Origin: Eledone cirrhosa
Lineage: Eukaryota
Assembly (NCBI GenBank): GCA_964016885.1
Contig: OZ024744.1
Span: 46,562,001-46,626,000, forward strand
Direction of reading: 5' to 3'
DNA: 64,000 bases
Of this stretch, positions 52,755 to 64,000 are shown piece after piece. The first letter of the stretch is position 1; each line of letters begins with the position of its first letter. The notes under the pieces were generated by a model that did no database searches, was not told where the DNA came from, and was given only the letters and a program-made list of their open reading frames with translations. The translations under genes were made by a program, and so were the position numbers.

Positions 52755-52885
52755 TTCCTTTGTCAGTGTTGAACAAACGAGCAACGATGGTTGCTGGACA
52801 CTACGGCTTAATACGGGATCTTTGTTTACAAACACACCGAGCATTATAATAAATGTTCGGTGAATCCATACGTACATATATATAT

Positions 52886-54022
<1,137 letters not shown>

Positions 54023-54027
54023 TAGAG

Positions 54028-57000
54028 AGAAATTACATGAATCAAAGTTCAGTTTAAATCATTTATTTGCTTACAATTGTTTTCACCAAACCGAGGTTTG
54101 GATTTCTTCGGAGCAACTATTTAGTGATTTTTACATACTTGACCTCCTTTTCAACACAAGAGACATATAAAAACACATGTATATATTGACCCACAGCGGG
54201 TTGACATCCATCATAATGATATAATAATATGGAAATTTACATACATTCATATTAAAGGACAAAATTAAAGTTAAAATTAAAATTAAAATAAATAAAAATA
54301 AAAATAAAAATAAAAATAAAAATAAAAATAAAAATAAAAATAAAAATAAAAATAAAAATAAAAATAAAAATAAAGCATTGGTAATTTATGAAGATAAAGC
54401 AAGAGGAAAGTTTAGAGTAGTCAGTGTACGAAACAGTCTCACGTGTGGCATGCACGCGTGTCTTATTTATACAGTATTATAGTGCGGCAGATTGATACAT
54501 GTAAAACAAGCAGTTAAAGCAGGTAATCAATAGCATTATGGGGTCTATAATGCTAAAGCATTTTTCACACACACCTGTACGATATATACGTGTAAGCCCG
54601 TTTGTAGAGAAACACCAAAAATATAACAAATGTAACAAATGAGAAGCAAAACAGCACCACTGTCCTCCCAGCCACCACCACTCACACAATCCAGGAAACG
54701 CAATTTATATACTACATGTCCATTATACAATCTATGATGATTCTATATTGGATGTCCGGTGAACCATGATATACTTCGATTCATAGATCAGGCTGTTTTA
54801 GTTGTGAGAGATGACCTTGTATTATATTCCGGAAGTGTGTGTATGATTAAGGGGAGTTAATGCGTAAGGGGAGGTAACTAGCTGATTTTCATAGTTAAAT
54901 TATCATCCTAAAGTGCATTAATGGTGTTTGAGATGAGTCCTTAATATATAAGGTTATAAACAACTTCTAAATTTAAGTATCTTATCTATAAATTACAGTG
55001 TAGTCTATCAAGAAGTACTAAATGTGTTCGTATCAGGATGATTACTTTCTATCATGGAGTGCCACAACCGAACATTCTACAAGAAGAGTCAGACCTCCAA
55101 ATCAATGATCTCTGTAATTGTAGTCCACCTGCAGAACCTGGCAGGGTCTTATTACTATATATGACTCCCGGTAAGCTCCGGGTCATTGTATGTCTGAATG
55201 CATGGCAAAGTTAAATATTACCAGTGTGGTCCAGAGTTCAATTCTCTCATACAAAGACACTAATCTGGCCATCAAGCCACACCTATACTCAAAACTCATA
55301 TATCGTCTGTACATAAATCATTGTATTCAGCACATAGGATATATAGCCCCATTAATGAATTAATTACTTAATCATCTATCTATCCTATGGTGGCACTCCA
55401 TGCACAGGATAATGTTATCACAACCAATTCAGTGCCTACAGTTTATATTAATTATATATTAGTGCAATGTAGTCCAAATAACTCAAGGCCAATATACCAA
55501 AAGTAGAAGTACATGGGGATATCTCCAGGGTAAAAGGTACCATGAGGGTGTCACTATTTGCGCCAAAGTGGATTGATGGGTGTTGAGATGAGGTGTAAGG
55601 TATGCCCCTGATGCTAGTTGCTAGATGTGGTGACGGGTTCAAGTCTGACATTGTTATATATTGGGTTTAAAGTTTTGGAAAGAGTGTCGGAAGCGGTGTT
55701 GGCAAGACGCGAATACTTCTGATTTTTTATTAAGGAGGTTATGGTTAGAAAAGATAATAGTAGGGGTCTCTAGTAGACAGAGGTTACAAAATTTATTAGG
55801 TGGTTTGTACGAGGTTACAAAATTTATTAGGTGGTTTGTACGATGTACCTATCACTCCCCATTTAAGTGTATATTGTTTATTTTTAGCTTTTAGATAGTG
55901 TATGTAGCTAGATAGTGAAGTGGAGTTGGCTAGCCTGTGTTTTTTGAAAGAGTGGAGGTGCGAATTTTATCTAGTTTTGAAGCAGTTAGAAGTAGAACCT
56001 ATATAGGTTTCAGAAGAGTTGATAGTTGTGACTGTGCATGAGTATATGATATCCTTGATTAAGCAATTTTTATTTAAAGGGCAGGTTCTATTTGATATAC
56101 AGTTACAATTATTCTGGGTGTTAGTCTGCCGGTTATTATGTTGTGTAGAAGTCTGGATGGTAGCTATAGGGTTATGGTTATGTGGGTTGTCGTTCCCAGC
56201 GTTATTATTTACACTAGTGCTATTACTATTATTTCTATTGATATTAGGGTTAGTTGCTATAATGTTATTTTGAAGGTTTATCGACTGTTGTGATTTAGTT
56301 TGTTGGAAGTACGAATTAATTTTTCTTTTATTGCTACTAGCTATGTGGTATGCTATGTTAGGCGTAGTAGAATAGGAGATTTTAATAGTGTTTTTGTTTA
56401 AAAGGCTTTGGTACTTGTGGCCGGAAGGGAAGTTTTTACCTAGTAGTGAGAAGAAAGCCCTAGGTAGGTTGGTAGAGACGTTTAGATTGAAAGGAGGGTT
56501 CAAAAATGTATTATTTCTTCTTCTATTTTTGTTTTTTTATGTTTGGTGAGTTGTTTCCTTTTATGGTACTATGGTAATTTCTGTGGTGTTGGTTACTTTT
56601 GTTGGTATCATCCCTATTAGTGTGTGTGTGGTTGTTATTCCTATTACTAAATTTTCTCATGGACATGTTGTGCGAAATAATGTTGTAGCTGCGCGTTTTT
56701 GTAGGTAGGAACTCGATCTCTATATTATGGCCTGATCTAGCTAATGCCTGATTATAATATTGCGAGTTTTTGTTAAATATGTTTACGTCATAGGATAGAT
56801 TAGGGATTATATTAGATACTCCGTTAGAGATAGAATTTATTATAGATCTAGGGTGGTTAGACTTGGTATCTACGTAAATGAGTTTTTCATTAGGTTTGTG
56901 GAAAGGTGCATATATGACTGAGTCTAGGTAGAGGGTGGCGTCCAGGAAGTTAACGTTTTTAGTGTTTTTGTCCATGGTAATACTAAGGTTATAGTTTTTG

Positions 57001-57365
57001 AATGTCTTGTGCAATAGTTTTCTAGCTCTTTCTATATTGAATTTTTTATAATCTATAAGTAGAAGTGCATCATCGCGGTACAAACCACCGTTGAGGTATG
57101 GAAGGTCCTTATGGATTTCGTTAAGTAAATATAGGCCGACTAAATCAGTGACCTGCGCCGTAAGCAAATAAATGATTTAAACTGAACTTTGATTCATGTG
57201 ATTTCTATATAACTGCTCTGTAAAACAACTGATATTATTACATTGCGGTATTTATCTTACTGGTAATAAGATAGTAATGAATTACTGTCTTACACTATTT
57301 AGGGTTTAAAATATATATAACTATATAAGGTTTTATTATATATATAACCATAAATAGTATCCTTA
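54028..57365 (-). mobile_element. Naiad-type Penelope-like element: RT C-half, GIY-YIG, long 3' region, inverted pLTR at 57160-57365
   Basis: ORF 56523..57167 ([24 protein letters not shown]), ORF 55967..56503 (CNC..CPL...YIGSTSNCFKTR) and CNLCLLE..SCQH. 54028-54074 mirrors 57160-57206. Confidence 0.9.
54067..54116 (-). ncRNA. Degenerate hammerhead motif (family 5)
   Basis: ttgct-CCGAAGA-..ccaaac(ctcg)gtttgg.-GAAA-acaattg-TA-agcaa, with a U4C change in the core. Confidence 0.6.
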
Positions 57366-57425
57366 GTAATATATATATATATATGTATTTATACATATAT
57401 ATATATGTATATATATATATGTATT

Positions 57426-57482
<57 letters not shown>

Positions 57483-57484
<2 letters not shown>

Positions 57485-57741
57485 TCTTTTACTCTTTTAC
57501 CAGTTTCAGCCATCCGGCTGAGGCCATGCTGGGGCACCGCCCTTGTTGCTACACATTTTATCTCCAGCCTGTATAGGTTGGCCACTGGTGTAAGAGGGAG
57601 TTTGTTGCTGCTGCCCTTACGTTTCTCTCGTGTCTTGCTGTGGGCTCATCCGGGATCCCGGATAACAAGGTGTCGAGATGTTTCTTGAAGACATCCACCT
57701 CCAAGTCATGCAAATCTCTCAGATCCCTCGGCAGCCTGTTG
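57483..57741 (-). mobile_element. CR1/L2-group LINE 3' fragment
   Basis: [29 protein letters not shown]...[10 protein letters not shown] followed by the tail. Confidence 0.82.
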
Positions 57742-57787
57742 ATATATATACATATATATGTATACATATATATATATGTATATATAC

Positions 57788-57966
<179 letters not shown>

Positions 57967-58924
57967 TAAACGGACTAGAATATGCTGACAAATTGTTCAC
58001 AGTGAAAAATAGTTTAATTAGGAATAAGTGAGGATTAGTAATTGTATTGGTTAGTATTCAGTTTTGGTTTTTAGTTTTACCGCTTGCGCATTTCTAATGC
58101 TTTTCAAAAATAATTTTGAGATAGAACGTCCTTGATGTTTGCTCTGATCTGATTAGTTTTGGGAATTCTACCTGTTTTTATGTTAAAAAAGTGGCTCCAG
58201 CGGTATTAAAATAAGTTTTGCGCCATTCGTGTTGCAAAAATTCTTGTGGTCAAAACAATTTTGATTGGTCGGTAGAGGTCATGTGAATGTAAAAAATTGA
58301 TTTTGCGCCAAATGTAGGTTTGTGTCGGCTGACTGAGAAATGACTCTTTCACAACAAATATGTGTGTGTGTGTGTGTGTGCGTAGTAGTAGTAAAATGTT
58401 CGTTGTTGTGATAATGGTCAGCAGGGATGTGTGTGCGTACCGGAGCCTATTGACAGTTCAAATGCCTATTAAGACAAGTGTGTGAGTGTGTGTGTGTGTG
58501 TGTAGCAGAGTAATTCGTGGTAGAGGGATGGTCAGTAGGAATGTGTCTGTAAGTGAGTGGGGGATATTTTAACATGTTAAAAGATATTTTTCAGCTCTTG
58601 TCTTATACGGAGAAGTGTGTGTGTGTGTGTATATGTCTCTTTGTATTTAATGTACGCGTGTGTATGTGTGTGTGTATATATATGTGTGTGTGTGTGAGAA
58701 TGTGTGTGTGTGTGTGGGTGGACCAGTATTTTTTTCCTGGTAAAATGGTGTACATTATTCTATATTTTCAGTAAAATCGATTCTCTCAATAGAACATCAA
58801 AAACCTTAACAATAAAAGGTGTGAAATGATATATAGTATTGGCATAATACCAAGGTGTGTGTGAGTGTGTGTGTGTGTCCAGATTGTACGTACTGAAAGG
58901 GGGATCCTTAGGCCTTGCCGTATT

Positions 58925-59245
58925 GGAATACCTGTGCACAAATATGTATCTGGAGTGTGTCCAGAAATTGTATACCTGTGCACAAATATGTATCTGGAGT
59001 GTGTCCAGATTGTAAGGCCTTGCCGTATTAGTATACCTGGGCACAAATATGTATCTGGAGTGTGTCCAGAAATTGTATACCTATGTACAAATTGTACACT
59101 TGTGCACAAATTGTACACATGTATCTGGAGTGTGTCCAGAAATTGTATACCTGTGTACAAATATGTATCTGGAGTGTGTCTAGATTGCACGTACTGCAAG
59201 GGGAATTCATTAGGCTTTGCCGTATTGGAATACCTGTGCCCAAAA
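58925..59245. repeat. Irregular ~44-bp minisatellite
   Basis: tacctgtgcacaaatatgtatctggagtgtgtccaga is repeated about 5 times. Confidence 0.85.
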
Positions 59246-59276
59246 ATGTATGTATATATATGTATATATATATATG

Positions 59277-59317
<41 letters not shown>

Positions 59318-59404
59318 GTATATATATATATATGTGTGTGAATGAAGTAATTCCGTCGGAAAAGTCTAGGAAAAAAGAGTGCTCTATGTAGGTAACAGAG
59401 TTTA

Positions 59405-60121
59405 ATAGTTATGTAATAAGCAACATAAGGCAATTATTCCATTTACCAGTGGTTTCTTAAAAGCAAGGATGAATGCCCATTGCAGGGTAAATGTAACACC
59501 AAATCTGTTGTTTATGAAGCTAAGATAACACCGGTAATCAACAACCAGCCAGCCAGGAGTTAGTGATATGTCGGTATGACCCAGGACAGGTTTAAAACAA
59601 GATTTTACTCACATGTCGCTTCTTTTAAGCACTCCGATAAACGTACATCAACGGCCCTCGCAAGTAAGATGTGGGAACTCAAGGTTAGTAACATCCCGTA
59701 CTCTATTGATTGGTCTATATTAGACCATTCGAGGGAGTACCAAAGGGGCACAAAAATTGTTCTTTGTGTACCACAGAACAATATAGGATTTTGCTAAACT
59801 TGAGAGCCACTTCCGCTTGCCTTAACTCAAAGACTGAGATCTTCAGATGCTGTCCTCATCTGAAATCGCATCTGATCTGTAACTGGATTGACACTCCTAT
59901 GATAAATCAACCGCCTTGAACTCCTTCTCTGCTGTTTACTTCTGCTACGGTTTTTTATTTTGCTGAATCTACGTTCTGTACACTTGTATATATATACTTT
60001 TTCTCCCTTACCTCCCCTTATATTTCACCTTTTCCTATGTCCCCCCCCCCATATATTATTTTGCCTTGCCCTTCACATACCTATGTGTATGTATATTTAT
60101 GTGTATATATATATGTATATA

Positions 60122-60180
<59 letters not shown>

Positions 60181-60320
60181 GTGTGTATATGTATGTATAT
60201 GTAGTTAGACGAGGTTTTTTTCATTCTGAAGATTGCAGGAACATTTTTTTGCTTTTAAGAAACCACTGGTGAATGGAATAATTGCCTTATGTGGCTTATT
60301 ACTTTATTACTTTACTACTA
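59405..60320 (+). mobile_element. 5'-truncated Naiad-type PLE: inverted pLTR tip (59405-59466), GIY-YIG, 3' UTR with HHR
   Basis: ECPLQGKCNTKSVVYEA...YVGMTQDRFKTRFYSH...CSLC...EIFRCCPH. 59430-59466 is the reverse complement of 60249-60285 and 61843-61879. Confidence 0.9.
60220..60278 (+). ncRNA. Hammerhead motif (family 6), decayed (GUG site)
   Basis: ttcatt-CTGAAGA...GAAA-ccactgg-TG-aatgga. Confidence 0.6.
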
Positions 60321-60395
60321 TATATATGTATATGTAAGGTTCATATGAATTATCTAAGACTGAGTTCTACACACACACACATATATATGCGTATG

Positions 60396-60436
<41 letters not shown>

Positions 60437-60654
60437 GCGTGTGTGTGTGTTTGTATTTGGTTGTGCGTGTTTATGATATGTACGTATTTGTATGTGTATA
60501 ATTGTATAGCTATGTATGTATATGTGTGTGTGTATGTATACATATATATGTGTGTGTGTATTTTTATATTTATGTATATATATATATATGTATGTGTATA
60601 TGTATACATAATGGTATACGTGTGTGTGTGCGTGTTTGTGCATGTATTTGTGTA

Positions 60655-61320
60655 TGTGTATGTATGTGTTTATGTATTTGTATATGTATATTTATGTGTG
60701 AAAGTGTGTGTATGTATTTACTAATTCGTACGTATGTATACGTGCATTTGTGTGTATTACTTACCACGCGTGTCTGTTCATCGCTGTAAAAAAAAATTTT
60801 ATATATATTTTTTTTCATATATTTATTTGCGTGTGTGAATATGTAGAGGAGTGCATTTATGTATGTGTATGTATGTACGTGTGTATATATGTATGATTGT
60901 GTGCATGTATGTATGTATGTATATGTATGTGTGTATGGCTATGTTTGTGTATGGCTATGTTTGTACACATATATACATATACATATATATATGTGTACAA
61001 GCATGCACATACACAAACATAGCCATACACACATACATATACATACATACATACATGCACACAATCATACATATATACACACGTACATACATACACATAC
61101 ATAAATGCACTCCTCTACATATTCACACACGCAAATAAATATATGAAAAAAAATATATATAAACATTTTTTTTACAGCGATACAAACGGAGGGTAGATGA
61201 ACAGACACGCGTGGTAACTAATACACACAAATGCACGTATACATACGTACGAATTAGTAAATACATACACACACTTTCACACATAAATATACATATACAA
61301 ATACATAAACACATACATAC
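60655..61320. repeat. Fold-back palindrome, ~300-bp arms
   Basis: Unique core ctaattcgtacg...accacgcgtgtctgttcatc...gtagaggagtgcatt is mirrored at ~61008-61320. Confidence 0.92.
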
Positions 61321-61324
61321 ATGT

Positions 61325-61358
<34 letters not shown>

Positions 61359-61573
61359 ATGTATGTATATATGTGTATGTATATGTATTTATATTTATGT
61401 TTCTATGTGTATGTATGTGTGTATATATGTGTGTGGTTATATATATGTATGTGTATGTATGGATGTGTTGATATTTATGTGCGTATGTATATATGTGTAT
61501 ATGTATGTGTATGTGTGTATTTATATACACATATATGTGTGTATATATGTGTGTGTGTGTGTATGTATGAGTG

Positions 61574-61612
<39 letters not shown>

Positions 61613-61617
61613 ATATG

Positions 61618-61654
<37 letters not shown>

Positions 61655-61812
61655 ATGTATGCTTTTGTGTGTGTGTGTGCGTGTTTTTGTGTGTGTCTTT
61701 GCATGTGTAGTTTTATTTTATTTTTCCTTTCCTTCTTCCTTCTCCAGCCTCACTTTCATATAGATTGCATTTTTGTTTTTAAAATACAAATTCAATAAAC
61801 AGACCAGGATTT

Positions 61813-61872
61813 TTTCATTCTGAGGATTGAAAGCAAAATCTTTTGCTTTTAAGAAACCACTGGTAAATGGAA
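61813..61872 (+). ncRNA. Hammerhead motif (family 6), intact
   Basis: tttcatt-CTGAGGA-ttgaaagcaaa(atct)tttgcttttaa-GAAA-ccactgg-TA-aatggaa. Confidence 0.82.
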
Positions 61873-61897
61873 TAATTGCTTTATGTTGTTTATTACA

Positions 61898-61978
<81 letters not shown>

Positions 61979-62099
61979 GTATATATATGTATATATATAT
62001 ATATATGTATATATATGTATATATATATGTATATATATGTATGTATATATATGTGTATATATATATATATGTATATATGTATATATATGTATATATGTG

Positions 62100-62256
<157 letters not shown>

Positions 62257-62261
62257 GTATG

Positions 62262-62302
<41 letters not shown>

Positions 62303-62303
62303 G

Positions 62304-62335
<32 letters not shown>

Positions 62336-62418
62336 CGTTATTCCGGGTTGAATCGGAGGTAACCACAGTAAGTAAGGTACTCAATACAAAGCAGAGTATA
62401 AAAGTTTTAATATAGATG

Positions 62419-62469
62419 AGATTCTACAGGACTAGAACTGTTTCATTCTTTAGAAATCATCAGGAATCT
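62419..62469 (-). ncRNA. Hammerhead motif (family 7)
   Basis: agattc-CTGATGA-tttctaaagaat-GAAA-cag(ttctagtc)ctg-TA-gaatct. Stem I is a perfect 6 bp and stem III is 4 bp. Confidence 0.78.
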
Positions 62470-62626
62470 GGGTATCAAAAAATAAAAATGGTATTTATAG
62501 GTCTCTACAAGTGGTAGGAGAGGGTGGGGAGTGGGATGGGTGAATATATGGATGAATATATATATATGTATATATATATATGTATATATATGTATATATA
62601 TATATAAATATGTATATATATATGTG

Positions 62627-62738
<112 letters not shown>

Positions 62739-62906
62739 TATATATATGTATATATATATATATATATATACTTCAATACACTCATATATGTATATATATA
62801 TGTATATATATGTATAAATATATATATATATGTATATATATATATGTAAATATATATGTGTATATATATATATTCTTTTACTCTTTTACCTGTTTCAGCC
62901 ATCCGG

Positions 62907-64000
<1,094 letters not shown>

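Larger units (their letters stand above)
51996..52885. repeat. Fold-back palindrome, ~345-bp arms (51996-52343 / 52530-52885), with a third partial arm copy in the spacer
   Basis: gattcaccgaacatttattataatgctc at 52014 (+), 52427 (+) and 52839-52866 (-). Confidence 0.95.

Noticed and set aside
55680-56110. Selenocysteine (in-frame UGA) in the Naiad-type zinc-finger positions
   Set aside because: The positions I could read encode ordinary Cys here and in the 12.7 and 59.5 kb copies. The stops seen look like decay.

Overview
AT-rich, repeat-saturated eukaryotic (animal) genomic DNA, not prokaryotic. The SINE and LINE repertoire resembles what I recall from coleoid cephalopods; this is an inference from memory and was not searched. 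No intact host gene is evident, apart from a possible duplicated set of micro-exons at 3.6-4.3 kb and 6.9-7.5 kb. The window is a stack of decayed transposons: RTE LINEs, several Penelope-like elements (PLEs; Naiad-type GLYRDD RT plus GIY-YIG, and one near-complete element with direct pseudo-LTRs), two CsRN1-like Gypsy LTR elements, CRE-like and Hero-like RLE LINEs, Helitron pieces, a hAT end, a Tigger-like MITE, SINEs, (TA)n microsatellites and C/A-rich satellites. Most ORFs in the supplied track are microsatellite artefacts. The strongest unexplained signal is a set of minimal type I hammerhead ribozyme (HHR) motifs from about seven unrelated sequence families, found and folded by eye. Several sit in non-coding fold-back palindromes (6.2-6.6, 19.3-19.7, 52.0-52.9 kb) that carry one HHR on each strand and lie next to (TA)n tracts. 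Coordinates were read by eye and element ends are approximate.
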